64,000 bases of DNA from Curvularia clavata (taxonomy: Eukaryota): positions 2,418,001 through 2,482,000 of the forward strand of contig CP089277.1 of the NCBI GenBank assembly GCA_023920165.1, in the 5' to 3' direction. Positions within the stretch are counted from its first letter, which is position 1; each line of letters opens with the position of its first letter. The notes under the pieces were generated by a model. That model was not told the origin of the DNA. It saw nothing but the letters and a program-made list of their open reading frames with translations, and did no database searches. Made by a program: the position numbers and the translations under genes. Shown piece after piece: positions 49,733 to 62,928 of this stretch.

Positions 49733-51961
49733 ATGGTCGTTGCGAGTGTCCTTGGCGGCGTGACCGCCTTGGAATCCTTCGCTACAGCGTGTGCCCCGAT
49801 CGTCGTGTTGTCGAGTCTTGTCCAGGACGAGTGGCGAGTGTGGCCTTTGCTGGCGGTTTGGTGTTTGGGCTGTTGTGCGAGATGGGGTCGCCGGGATGGC
49901 CAGCTCAGCACAGATTGCGGGGTTTTGACTATGCTGTATGCGTGGAGGATACGAGCGCAGTTGATCGAATGTGTAAGTGGGGGTTGGAAAGATTTGGGGG
50001 TTCAACAGGTGGACAGGCTGTGTAACACTTATGGTGTTGCAGTGGGATTGGCGCTGTTGGTATTCATCTTGCCACGCGCGTTCAAGAGTGAGAATGCTAA
50101 GACAATGGATCTGCCTAAAGGAAGAGTCTGGAGATCGGAATTGGAGACACCCAAACCACGCATTTTTCCTTGTCAGACGACACATGCTCGGATGTTTCCG
50201 AAGCGGCATGCATTTGCGTACACGTACCTCCAGTGCGGATACCCCATTGTTCCCAATGGCATCAAGCAGGGAGAGACGGATTTCCCCAGTGGAGAAGACC
50301 AGATTCTGGGCTCGTGGTGGCTGCGAGTAAGAGCTGAGGACTACCTCGACCGGGGCGACGGTGCGCTTGGATTCTACCACAAGCTGAAAAGGTACTTGAA
50401 ATCTCACCACGTCCCCGACTCAGAGTGGGAATACGCCTATTTGGTGACAGCACCGCGCTTTTTCGGCTACTCTTTCAATCCTGTCTCGTTCTGGTACATC
50501 TACGATCGGGACCACCAGCTCAAAAGGATGATACTGGAGGTTAACAACACATTCGGAGAACGACGCATGTATTTGCTCGATGGATCGAGTCCCTCTAGTC
50601 CAATTCAGAAATCAGACTCTCAGCAGTCGTCAGCGGACGAGGGGTCTGAGGTCGAAATGTCCAGTGGAGCAAAGTCAAAGTTCACTGACGTCTGGATGAA
50701 GGACTTCCACGTTTCGCCGTTCAACTCCAGGAAGGGATCTTACGCTCTCAAAGCTCAAAATCCGTTTCCAACTGTTTGCCATGATGATCCCAGAATTGAT
50801 AACACGATCACGCTAAAGTCTTCAAAAGACCATGGAAAACTTGTAGCCCGTCTGGTTTCTACGGGCAAGTCCTTGGACCCGGATCAGTTGGGCTTCTTTG
50901 GAACGGTACGCTTCGTCCTAGGCTGGTGGTGGGTTGGCTTCGTCACTTTTCCTCGTATTCTCAGAGAAGCAGCCAAGCTGTTTTTCAAGAAGGGACTTCA
51001 TGTTTGGTTTAGACCCGAGGTGCAGACTTCCAGCCTTGGTCGTCTGCCCACCTCTGATGAGACGTAGGTCTGAATGCGCCAATGCAAGGTAGCAACTGCT
51101 AACGTATACAGTACGCTTGAAGAGGTTTTCCGAGACTACCTCTGTGAGCTGGTGAACGAGACGGAGTACCCATTCCGCATCACGTTCAAGAGTTCGATTC
51201 CTGGAGCGCAGTCAGATCTTATTTCCACGACCTGTGTCCTTGAGGCAGAACGACCCCAGCAGAATATCGAGATCCGTGTGCTCACACCAGCCTTTTACTC
51301 AAGACTCATCCATTACACCTACACTTCCGAGGCGATTGATCGCGAATGCATCTTCACCGATGAGCGAAACAGGACGCTGTGGTTGTGTCGCCCAAAACTA
51401 CTTCCTTACCTGTTGTCCGAGCAATCCTCGATACGAATCGATGACAAGGATATAGCGTCTGTCCAGCGAAGCTATCTCGACGAGTTGAGATGGACGCTGC
51501 TAAAGAAGCTGAGATGTCCACCGCCCGATCCGGCATACGCTGTGACGCCGCAAAGCTCAACGGTCCAGGTAGACGACATTCGGCCCAGGCCATATTCTGA
51601 ACTAGACCAATTTGTAAGAAGTCACATGGGCCAGAAGCACGCTGGGAAATACAGAAGGGTGGTTACAAAGCTCTTCTTGGCGCAGCGCTTCTGCTTTGGG
51701 TTCCCCGAGGTAGTCAGTCTGGTGGATCTGGTGGTCAGGGCGTTGTTATGCTATCTTGCTGTTCTACAAATGGGGCAGTGGAGCGGCTCATGGGCAGGGC
51801 TCGAGTCAGCCAAATGCATGTCGGCACTTGTGGAGCGAGCGGACTGGTCTGCGTGTTGGAGTATACGTGAGAGTGATGGTTACGATGGGTGGTGGTTTGT
51901 AAAGTGCGCTTTGCTAGTCTACGCACCCCATGCATATGGGTTGCTGAAAGGGTACAGCTAG
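49733..51961 (+). CDS. DUF1365-domain membrane protein (intron about 51064-51111; start uncertain)
   Basis: THARMFPKRHAFAY, APRFFGYSFNPVSFWY, EVNNTFGER and KDFHVSPFN are DUF1365 motifs. Hydrophobic N- and C-termini. Confidence 0.85.
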
Positions 51962-52246
51962 GCTTTACGTATGTATATACTCTCAACTCTTTTTTTTTGC
52001 ACCAAGCAGAGACGCTCTTGAAACCGTTCAATAATCATTCATAACGACGATCCATTTTATTGGCAGCGTGTCAGCCTCCGCCGCGATCGACTGCGCCCAC
52101 AAGCCTTGACTATCCTGACGCATCCAGACGTAGCCACGACAGGTACCCTCTCACATGACGTTTTCCGGTGTACATTTCCGATTGAGACAGCCATATCCGT
52201 CTGCTTGTGAAGAACGACCGTCCTGGCTTGTTGCGGATAAGATCAG

Positions 52247-52865
52247 CCGAGGTAAAAATCACGACCCGCCTGCACGCTAACGACGCGCGACCCCAGATCT
52301 TGGCTTGCTGCGGCCTTCACATGGGAGCCCTCGACGATGACAACGCCACTTCGACATGTGAAGCCTGCATGTTTGCCGTCGCGTGCCCCATTCCAAAAAT
52401 GCCTCTCGCAGGCCCGTGAAAAGAAGAAGGTCGTGTGAGAGCGAATAAGACGGGAAATTGACTTAGCTATGACATGATGCCCCCTCCTCAAAAGAAGTGC
52501 CCATTTGTAGTCTTCCCCCAAGCAATTGGCCAACGTCATCCTCGTCACGCTTCCGCTAGCCCTTCCCCCAATCCCCACCCCCGATCTACATCAGCGCCCC
52601 AGACACGAGAGATTCCCCTTGGGCCGAGGACAAAAATGCTCATGGATTTTGAGGCGTGACTGTGACGCTAGAGCTTATGCTTCAGCTTCCGAGGATGATG
52701 CTCTTTGAGTCGGGCCAATGGTGCGGTCAGCCGGTCCTTCCCGAGCCTTTTGTTCATGGGGAAACGGCCTGAGATGGTGCTAGTCTCATGCTCATGGTTT
52801 GCGGTGTTAGTTATAAAACTTGGCTTCCGCACCAACGAGGCTCATGCTATAGTTTTAGACCGAGG
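52247..52865 (+). promoter_or_regulatory. ICL1 promoter with four CCGAGG (FarA/CTF1-type) sites and a TATA box
   Basis: CCGAGG at 52247, 52624, 52689 and 52860; TATAAAA at 52812-52818. Confidence 0.65.
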
Positions 52866-53033
52866 CTAGAAGATCTGGTGGGCTAGTACTTGTTCCAACG
52901 TCTGAAGGCGTAACACACAAGTCATCTTACTTCCTCACTTCCCTTCCTCTACTCTGCATTTTACAGACCAGACAGAATCTCGGTTCTAAAGCTTTGTTTT
53001 GCCTGATTTTTCAAACATCATAACGCCATCGCC

Positions 53034-54862
53034 ATGTCGAACATTGACGCTGAGGACGCTCAGTTCCAGAAGGAGGTCCAGGAAGTGAAGCAATGGTGGT
53101 CAGATTCACGATGGAGGTTTACGAGGAGGCCTTTCACAGCTGAGGACATTGTGTCCAAGCGAGGTAACTTGAAAATCACATACCCCAGCAACAATCAGTC
53201 AAAGAAGCTATGGGAAATTGTCGAGGGACGATTCAAGGTAAGAAAGAGTTGTCTGACATTTAATGGATATTTTCTTAACGGTAAACAGAGCAAAGATGTT
53301 AGCTTCACATACGGATGTCTCGACCCGGTCATGGTGACGCAGATGGCAAAGTACTTGGATACCGTGTATGTTTCTGGATGGCAAGCTTCGTCAACGGCTT
53401 CATCGACCGATGAGCCCGGCCCAGATCTAGCGGACTACCCTTACGTGAGTATTCTTGTAAACTCTCAGTTTGAACCAAGAACTCATGAATTTTTCCTAGA
53501 CAACGGTACCAAACAAGGTTGGTCATTTGTTCATGGCACAGCTTTTCCACGACCGGAAGCAACGTGAAGAACGTCTTTCTACTCCCAAGGCCAATCGTGC
53601 TAAACTCCCCAATGTCGACTACCTACGACCGATTATCGCTGATGCGGACACTGGACATGGAGGCCTGACGGCTATCATGAAGCTCACCAAGCTTTTCATC
53701 GAGAAGGGTGCGGCTGGTATTCACATTGAGGACCAGGCGCCGGGTACAAAGAAGTGCGGACATATGGCTGGAAAGGTCTTGGTTCCCATCAGCGAGCACA
53801 TCAACCGCTTGGTTGCTATTCGAGCTCAGGCAGACATTATGGGTAAGAAACAATAAATCGAGCAAGCTCAATCCAGGCTAACAGCAAAACCCCTAGGCAC
53901 TGATCTGCTTGCTGTCGCACGTACCGACTCAGAAGCCGCTACTCTGATCACATCTACCATTGACCCACGTGACCACCACTACATCCTGGGCTGCACCAAC
54001 CCTGCACTCCAGCCTCTGAGCGAGCTGATGTATGCTGCCGAACAAGCGGGCAAGACTGGTGCTGAGCTCCAAGCAATCGAGGACGCATGGGTCAAGGAGG
54101 CCAACCTCAAACTCTTCCACGAAGCTGTCATTGACACCATCAATGCCGGCGTACACGTTAACAAGAAGGGACTTATCAACGAGTTCTTGGAGAAGAGCAA
54201 AGGCAAGAGCAATTCTGAAGCACGTGCCATTGCCACAGGCTTGACTGGAGTTGACGTCTACTTCAACTGGGAGGTAGCCAGGACACGAGAGGGTTACTAT
54301 AGGTACAAGGGAGGCTGCCAATGTGCTATCAACCGCGCTGTGGCATACGCTCCCTACTGCGATATGATCTGGATGGAGTCGAAGCTACCCGACTACGCGC
54401 AAGCCAAGGAGTTTGCTGACGGCGTGCATGCTGTATGGCCTGAACAAAAGTATGTATCCTCTTACTCTGCATGATTCTTCATAGATTACTAACTTCACAA
54501 TCAGACTCGCATACAACCTCTCCCCCTCCTTTAACTGGAAAGCCGCCATGCCGCGCGATGAGCAAGAGACCTATATCCAGCGCCTCGCACAGCTTGGCTA
54601 CTGCTGGCAATTCATCACGCTCGCTGGCCTGCACCAGACCGCACTTATGGCCGATACCTTCTCAAAGGCATACTCGAAGCAGGGCATGCGTGCGTACGGC
54701 GAGATTATCCAGGAGCCAGAGGCTGAGAACAAGGTTGATGTGCTCACGCATCAGAAATGGAGTGGTGCGAACTATGTGGACAATTTGCTTAAGATGGTCA
54801 GTGGCGGTGTCAGCTCGACGGCTGCGATGGGCAAGGGAGTCACGGAGGATCAGTTTAAATGA
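53034..54862 (+). CDS. ICL1: Isocitrate lyase (glyoxylate cycle), 5 exons
   Basis: [31 protein letters not shown] signature, [17 protein letters not shown] and C-terminal GVTEDQFK. Confidence 0.97.
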
Positions 54863-55918
54863 GTGATTGCGGTGTGGCTGGCTGAAGGACATGGGGTGCG
54901 GAGCGTTTCTCTTTGAATATTAAAAAGACGGTTGTTGTAAGCGTGTACAATCTACGCCTTTGTTCTGAATAAAAGAAAGTAAAATACTGTTTCTGTTCTT
55001 TCTGCTCTTTCGTCAGTCTTAACAGCCCAAAGTCGGTAAACCAAGGGCATCAATCAACCTAATTGGGCAAGAAATCGGCCATTTCTCTTTGGACGCTGAC
55101 AAGTAGCACGGCTAGCTCCTACTAAACGCGGTAAACGACTAATCATTGCAGCGCTTTAAGCCAACGACCCCATCCTTGGCCCTAAACCTCAGATTCTGCG
55201 CGCTGTTGCGGCCCAATTTCCCACCAGCCATTGACAAATCAAAAATCTTTTTTGACTCGTATAGCTGTTTGCTTGTAATCGTCTCGTCTCAACTGCCCCA
55301 AACTACGCGTGGGGGCTATGGCCCATCGCACAGCCCCACGCCACAGGGCGCCAATCCTCGACCGCATTCAGACAAAAGACGGATAAAGCGGTTACGCGAC
55401 CGCCTTGTCGGCCCCGTCTTTACAGCGGCTGAGTCGAAGAAAAACGGGTGCGCGGAATGGGGCTTATCGCGATCAGCTGAGGCACAGAGGATGATGTGTT
55501 CGCGGTGTCAGCGGTGAGATGTTTGTGTAGCGTGGCAATGAAGTCTTCGTCGTTTTGGATGCGCGCAACAAGATACATGGAAAAGTCCTTTCTACGCAAT
55601 CACGAAACCCTCGAATCTACAAATCTTGCATTGTTACCAACCGAAACCGTTAGGAAGAGAGTCGGTGTAATTTCAAAATCTGACTCTGAGTGACGTTTGG
55701 GGTGATATTATTACGGTTTGCCTAAAACGAGGCTGTGCTAGGCGGCTGGCTGCCGCACGCATTGTACTACGTACAACAAGGTACATCAGCCTCAAAGGAC
55801 CTAAAGAACCTAAATCTGATTACTTCCCCCGCAGATTTCTGTTCCCTTTTCTTCTACAACCAGGAACAATCAAATTCCACCGAGCGCGAAAAAATAAAAA
55901 GAGAGAGAATCACAAACC

Positions 55919-56521
55919 ATGGACACCACAACAGACATCTCACCCTTCCCGATGCTGGACTCGGCCCCCACAACAACCTCAGAACACCATGCGCACGTCA
56001 TCCCAGCGCTATCCAGCCCATCAGATCCCATTTTCCAACTAGAATATGAAGGCCCTCTATACACCGAAATCAACATTCCACTCCCACGCATACCAACATC
56101 CTACCAATCTTCCACCTCTACTTCCTCTACAACCTCAAAAACATCAGTAGTTACGGAAAGACCCCGCGGCCGCACCCTCACCCTCTCGCGCTTCCGCCCG
56201 CGCTCTTCCTCCTCCGCCACTACCACATCTATTTCCACTTCTACATCCAGCAGGACCCGGAGTAGCAGCACAACAGGACACAGCACCGACAATCCTCGGC
56301 CGCGCAAAGACACGATTAAATCGCGCGAAGTAAATGCCATGATGGATCTAAAGCATCAAAATAAGAAGGTCGGGCGGAACGGCGTGATTGATGCTCTGGC
56401 CGTGGTGCCGGCGGTGTTGGTGCTGAGTGCGGAGTTGTTTACGCCGGGGAGCGAGGAGCAGGCGAAGGGAGGAAGGAGGAAGGATAGTGGCGTGGGGAAG
56501 TGGGAAGATGGAATTAGGTGA
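55919..56521 (+). CDS. Hypothetical Ser/Thr-rich protein (200 aa)
   Basis: ACCATGG start, single ORF, a short hydrophobic segment ALAVVPAVLVLSAELFTPG and a T-rich 3' flank. Confidence 0.6.
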   Translation: MDTTTDISPFPMLDSAPTTTSEHHAHVIPALSSPSDPIFQLEYEGPLYTEINIPLPRIPTSYQSSTSTSSTTSKTSVVTERPRGRTLTLSRFRPRSSSSATTTSISTSTSSRTRSSSTTGHSTDNPRPRKDTIKSREVNAMMDLKHQNKKVGRNGVIDALAVVPAVLVLSAELFTPGSEEQAKGGRRKDSGVGKWEDGIR

Positions 56522-57595
56522 TGCCTATTACCTTTTCTTATGGAGGTTTGATGATGGGGCGTTTTTATTGAGATTTTTTCTGCGTCATGATTTTTCTTAA
56601 GGGAGATGGAGTACGCGCATATCCATTTTTGGCGTCACAATGGGAGGCGAAGTGTTGAACAGAGTTCGGGGAGGTTTTTTTTTTCGGATAATGGGAATGA
56701 GATGGGTATTTTAAGAGCAAAGGCATGGTTTCAATGGGGGTATACGGCGGTGGTTAGGTGAAGAACGTGCTGGACACACGCACATATATACCCAAGGGAA
56801 GTAACCCAGATGGTGAGGCGAGAGATAAGAAGCGCCACTGGAGGACAGTCAGGCCAAGATTCACAACTAGTAAGGATAAGATACCCGTTCTAACGAAGGA
56901 GCAAAGAGCGAAACAAAAGATAAGGAGTACCTGTGTGACTTTGCCACGCTGTAGATGAATGTTCAGACTGATTTATGTATAATTCAAGCCTGTGATTACA
57001 AGCTGCGTCCACAAATCATTTCGGAGACATGGCTAATAGCCTTTTCTCTACTACACTAAACCCATCCCTAGCACCAACAACATCAAATACATTCATCAGA
57101 GCTTTTGTAGTCTTTACATCGTTTAGACGGGAGCAAAAATCACCCACACAAGGCACATGGTTATGCAACAGCATAATACACCGCCCTTACTTTTACATCG
57201 CCACAGCATCAACAAATAGCCATGAGTGACCATTTCAAGTTTTTTAAAAAAAAACGAACCATCCCCTTAAAAAACGCCCAATCCATGCAACTTCTGCTCA
57301 TGATGCACATTTAGGTATTTGATATACCGCTCCTCAGCAGTCTTAACAAACACGTGGAAGCATAAAAGTGGAAGCAATACACGCCCCATTTTTTCCCAAT
57401 CTGAAATCTCATAGAAAAGGAGGGTCCAGAGCGTACATCCTTCAAATGAAAACAGCAAACAGAAAGCAGAATCTTCTAGCCAAAGTCTGTTGCTATTCGC
57501 TCACGAGGTTTTCATAGGGAGAGATCCGCCCAGCGTGGCGTAGCGCGACAGATGAAATGGCTGTTGGAGTATCGGAAGCTGAACGAGCAGAGATA

Positions 57596-59327
57596 CTAAC
57601 TGTAATCGAAAAGCACGCTGATGCTCTCGCCGTGGTGGACACGGCGAATAGCCTAAGTTTTTTTCTGTTAGTACAACTCCAACACGGATGGGGCCCTTTG
57701 GAACATACCTCGGCAAACACATTGCCCACCTCCAAGACCTCCAACTTGGGGCACCTCGATTTGTGTTCATCCTGAGGTACCGTGTTGGTCACAATGACCT
57801 TGTCGAGCGCACTAGCGTTGATACGATCAATTGCATCTCCACTCAGAATACCGTGCGTTATCAGCGCAATCACCTGTGTAGCACCCTCCTTCTTCAGAAG
57901 CTTGGCTGCACGAGTAATGGTGTTTGAGGTATCAGCCAAGTCATCGATAAGAATTGTAGTGCGCGCTGCTACGTCTCCAACCAACATCATGGTCGCATTT
58001 TGCCGGTCGCTGATTTGGGTAGGGCGACGCTCTTTGTGGATAAGAGCAAAAGGCATGCCGAGTGCATCAGCGATAGCAGTGGCTCGCTTGGCACCACCTG
58101 CATCAGGAGAAACCACCACGGCTTGTTGGTAGTTGGGGATGTTGAATTGAATGTATTTGCGGAGAAGGTGACGTCCGTAGAGGTTGTCGACGGGAATATC
58201 GAAGAATCCCTGGTATTGCGGGTCTGAAGACTTGTTAGAGAAACTCAGACTTTTAGGTAGAGTGATACCACATACCGTGGAGATCCATGGTTATAACATG
58301 ATCGGCACCAGCGCATGTGAGAAGGTCGGCGATCAAGGTACCGGCCTGAGCAACCCACTGGCGGTATCCGACCTGCGGCTCGAAAGCAGGAGGTTTTGTA
58401 ATGGTCGTTTGGCGTGTCAGAGCACCAGGTATGCCGGGTGTCTGGGTACCACTGGTGCCGTTGACGCCGTTGGTGGCATGGTCGGTGTTGAAGTAGGCAG
58501 ACTTGTCGCCCTTGGTCGAATCAACAGTGTCGCTACGCTTGATGCCGTTTGACTTGATAGGGCTGGAAGGGTTCGAGGTATTGCCATTGCGCTCGTCCAG
58601 TTTGATCTTGCTAAGCTGCTGGTGCAAAGACGCTGAGCCATTCGCAAGACCAGCGCTCTCAGGCTGACCCGGGTGGGGAGTCTGCGGACGGGAGTCGAGC
58701 GAGTAAGTGCCGGTCCTTGAGCGACCCGGGACCTTTGACAGGGGAGCACCCGTCTTGTTGTATGGAATGTCCGACTGTCGCGAGTATGGGAAGAGAGGGA
58801 GGACGGCAGTAATGCGCTTCGCAGAGGCGGTTCGGCAGGCAGAGATGGTAATGAGAAGTCTAGAGTACGTCAGGGCACTGGACTCGACTATACCATGAGG
58901 ATGGGCCTACTCCATCAAATGGTCGTTGACTGTGCGCGACACCAAGAGTTAGCGCAGTTGATCAAGCATTGGTTATGATGTTCTTTGTCCTGTGTGCTGC
59001 CGTGCGACAGGCGCCGGGATGATTGCGCGACCAGCCGCAAAAAAATGCGACGCGCTTGGAGTCGGCAAGGAAGGCTCATACCTTTACCACCACCAGACTG
59101 GATGATGAAGACATCCTTTCCACGGACGCTTTCCTGAATCTCCACTCTCGTCTCGCCGCCCTTGAACTTGTCAAGGAGCACCTTGGCCTTGGGTATGCCG
59201 AGGTGGTTACAGATGGTCCTAAGCCCAGTCAGCAAAAGTGCTCAGCGCCCCGCGCCGCCTTGTGTGCTTGCACGTACTCTGTAAGCTGCGGGTGAGAGGT
59301 TCCGCCGAGAACCACAATGTTTCTCAT
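57596..59327 (-). CDS. PRS5: Ribose-phosphate pyrophosphokinase, Prs5-type (multi-exon)
   Basis: [39 protein letters not shown] followed by a long non-homologous insert (Prs5 hallmark), [12 protein letters not shown] and ILIDDLADT. The 3' end ([11 protein letters not shown]) is slightly uncertain. Confidence 0.9.
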
Positions 59328-60146
59328 CTTGAGAGGTGGTGGACAAAGACGGGGAGAGGACTACTATTTTGCGACCAGCAGTAGCTGAAAGGAAATGGAG
59401 AAGGCAGCGAAGCTTTCGCGTGGGCAAGCGGCTTATCGATAAAGGGAAAAGATTTAGGCTAGTCGTCCGCCGTGTATGGCGCCGAGTGGAGCAGCTTGTA
59501 CCTCAGGACGCGGGCAGCATGGTGAGTAACATGGACGCTCTTGTGTCGTCACGGACCCGGCCAGCGTCTCGCTTGCTTCGGCAACTGGACTTTTTTTTCT
59601 GCGGTGCACGCCCCTCGCAGCGTCATGCCGCCTCCTGAGCCATGGAAAGCTTCTAGATCAGAGATTGCTGCATGATGCATACTGCACTCTGCACGACCTC
59701 GCCGGAGAAAACCAGACTTGGGGCCCATGCCCGCCGCCCATCACTCTGTACACGCGGCTGGCGAGCGGCGGTCAGTAATGGCGCCATCCTGTATGGCCGC
59801 ATACTAGGAAACGGTTGCACTAGTGCTGCCCGGGATCGGCCTATCACGTGCCGTCCACTTCACCTCGGCGCCGGGCCGACGGGACAATCTGGAGGTAAGG
59901 TATAGCGAGCTGTCCTGACACAAGCCGCCAACAGGGTTTGTACTATGTGTAGCATGTACATAGGCCCGTTGTCCCACGAGACAGTTAATTGCCTCCTGCA
60001 TGACTGACGAACTGACAAACAGGACCCTAGTCCGTCTGATCATTTCCCTCGAGGAAACCTAGCGATGACAAGACTGGCAATAAAGTGCATCGGCTCTATT
60101 CATTCTATCCGTCTTGTTCCGTTCTTGCTGCCAGGTAGTCCAACAA

Positions 60147-62519
60147 TCAAACTATTGTTACTACTTCAATCTCACGCTTCTCGAATACCCATGGCTTGGC
60201 TCGAAAGAATCCAATGCGTCGGTAACGTTCGTCTGTGGTTGGAAGTAGCATTATACCTTCGACGTCGTCTCGCCCGGGCACATTCTCGGTCAGCCTCCCA
60301 GCAAGGCATGACACTTCAACGCCCTCGTATACACCCGGATCCAAAGCATCCAATATAGCGTCGCCAGCCTCTGTTTCAGTGTGCACTGAGTCGTTCTCGT
60401 CACTTTCAGCTAGTCCCGAAAGGTATCCGTCGTATTCTAAGTTCTTGTGATAGTCGTCATCGGGGTAAGGGTGCCAAATAAGTTTAGAGAGACGACCTCT
60501 AGCGACCAGAGTACCAGAAGTGACAGCTCCGTATTCGAAGCCTGGCATAGTGAGCTCAACATCGCAGGATATCACTTCAAACCCCAAGTTGTCTTTGTAG
60601 CCAATACCTCCATCCTCGCCTTCATCTTCCCAGACATGTACAAAGTCCTCCACAGCGCCGTTGACGGACGCCCAACTCCAGGATGGAGCAACATACTCTT
60701 TGGCTCGAGGCTTCCGGTTATGGTCATCATCCATTACCGCCGTACGTGGGCAGCTCCACTGCAGGTCTACAGCAAGGTCGCGCTCCCACATGCCAGCAAG
60801 ATAACGGCCTTTGTACAGTTGGCCAAGTTCCTCGGCAATAGCTGATACGGCAACCAGTTTGTCTCCCTGATAGGATAGCATGCGGCGACTGTACTCTCCG
60901 CGTATTGCCAGCCATACTTGCCGCGTGTTTTCTGGACTGGTAGCAAGCGAGAACATTTGGCCGCTCCACGGCAAGTTTGGCAGCTGCGGATCTTTGCCAG
61001 AAGAGGAGCCATCCGCGCCCATTGAGCTCGTTCGGTCGATCGTTTGAATTCCACGGTATGAGAAGATAATGGCACGGGTTGACAGGATAAGTTCCTGGAA
61101 TGTCCAACCACGGCTATTGATAGGATCTTTCCACCGCTTGTAGTCTGCTGGGTAACTAAGGATGATTTGTGAGGAAGTGGGTGATTCCATATCCAGCGGG
61201 AAATGTATCGTAACTGGTTCAATAAAATAGTCATATTTCTCTTCGATATGATGTAAGAAGCCTTCAGTAGCAGAATTCGCTACAGAAGCAACTAGTGTCA
61301 CTGCAGCAAACTTGTAGATGGACCGCATCTTTGGTAACTCTTGTGCTTTGTCTTCGTCAGAATCTTGCATAATACACCTATCGTTTCGTCAGCATCTCAA
61401 AAATTTATTTGAGAAAAGCTCTTACAGCGCATCTACCCAGATGTACTCTAACTCAATTCGACTGGTGACTGTGATCGCATCTTGGATTGTCTTGGGAAGT
61501 TGCCCAATTTCAAAACCAGTCGTGAGAAGCTCTTCTGTGGTGCTGAGCAAAACAAATGATTGGTTCGTGCCCCATACATAGCTAAGTGCAGCGAACTCTG
61601 GTTCGCGTTCTTTCATGGTCGATGTGTGGACGACACGCAGCCTGTTTTCATCGCCCACATATATCAGGCGCGATGGCAAATAGTTTGCTGTTGCTCTTGA
61701 TGATCTTGGAATGGGTTCAAGACTGCCCATCCAGGCTTTTAGCATCTGCATATTGGTCTCTGCTCCGAGCCTGCAATCTGCTGTCCAAGGTGGAGAAATG
61801 GGTAACGTTTTTTGCCCTTGTTTTCTTGTCCTTAGTACATCTTCAAGCACTGCGAGTCTATCAAGCATACCTTTGCTATTCATATGATATCGCAGCTCTA
61901 CAGCTTTCTCTCCCCGGAGCTTCTGCAGATTGTTTGGATGATCCACATCGTCAACGGCTTCAATACGCGCGTTCAAAAACGTGAAGAGCCCTGCATGTCC
62001 CCTTTCGAAAGAGAGATCAATCTTGAATTGGCATGCCTCGACGAGTGTATCTCGGTCTTCCCATACGTCCCACCCTCCAGTGAAGTCATTTTCGAGCTCT
62101 TCTTCATTGAATGCAGAAGCTGCTGTCCATGCAGAGTCAGTATCTTTTGGTTGTTTGTCAGTCGCTTCATCGCTGCCCTCTATATCGTCAGATGTGTTGC
62201 TGCCAGAAGCACTGTCACTCCTCTCGAGACGCTCATAGAGCTCATCTAGAAAGATCTTGCCGTGCACTCCATCAGCAATTGTCTTGCAAAATCCGCATTC
62301 TCCAAAGACCGATCTCCGTAGCTCTTCCGACGTGACCGGGTAATGAATTGAAACTCTGTCTTGATCCACTGGTGCAGCTTTAATCCCTTCAAACAATTCC
62401 GGTACCCATACCCGTGTGTAGCAAATTTCGCATGGATAACTTGGTGGTAATGTGATATTGTCTGGTTCAGGTACGACATACTTGCGCGGAGGTTGCCGCG
62501 TACCCATGTACTGCAGCAT
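60147..62519 (-). CDS. Heterokaryon-incompatibility (HET, PF06985-type) domain protein (intron 61378-61425, probable intron 61817-61870)
   Basis: LPSRLI, FAALSYVWG, LPKTIQDAI, YIWVDAL|CIMQD, MRSIY, RGWTFQE, YLAGMW and APSWSWAS. N-terminal CxxC...CxxC. Start uncertain. Confidence 0.9.
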
Positions 62520-62928
62520 CGTGCTAGCAGAACATTGCTTAGGATAGGGTCTGTCAAATGTGAAATGATGCACAAGATTCTGTGTAAGGAATGAGGGGCA
62601 TTGACAAGCTGGCAGTGTGACATGTTACGTGCGCTTTGCATGTGCATTGGAAAGAGCTAGACTTGTTTAGACTAGCGTGGACCATGGTACCTCTTTCCAC
62701 GAGACGTGAAGGTCTATGCGTAGTGGCACCGAGACCTGGTAGGCTGATTCACACATTCTGTGATTTTTTTTTGTGGAATGACAGTAGCGTTTTGCTTTGT
62801 TGGCAATGCATTAATGACTAATACTATTTTACTGCTACAACATTAAATCTCGTTTTCGTAATATCATTATGTACATCCACCCCCAGTCATGTCTCACTAC
62901 TATTACATGTCAACAGATATAGATTCAA

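Noticed and set aside
54860..54916. Possible stop readthrough giving ICL1 a cryptic PTS1
   Set aside because: Context is TGA GTG rather than TGA CTA, and the extension ends VSL, not an SKL-like tripeptide.
58934..59081. Long PRS5 intron (also IFRD intron 1 and DTD1 intron 3) as possible snoRNA hosts
   Set aside because: No convincing C (RTGATGA)/D box pair or H/ACA layout visible.
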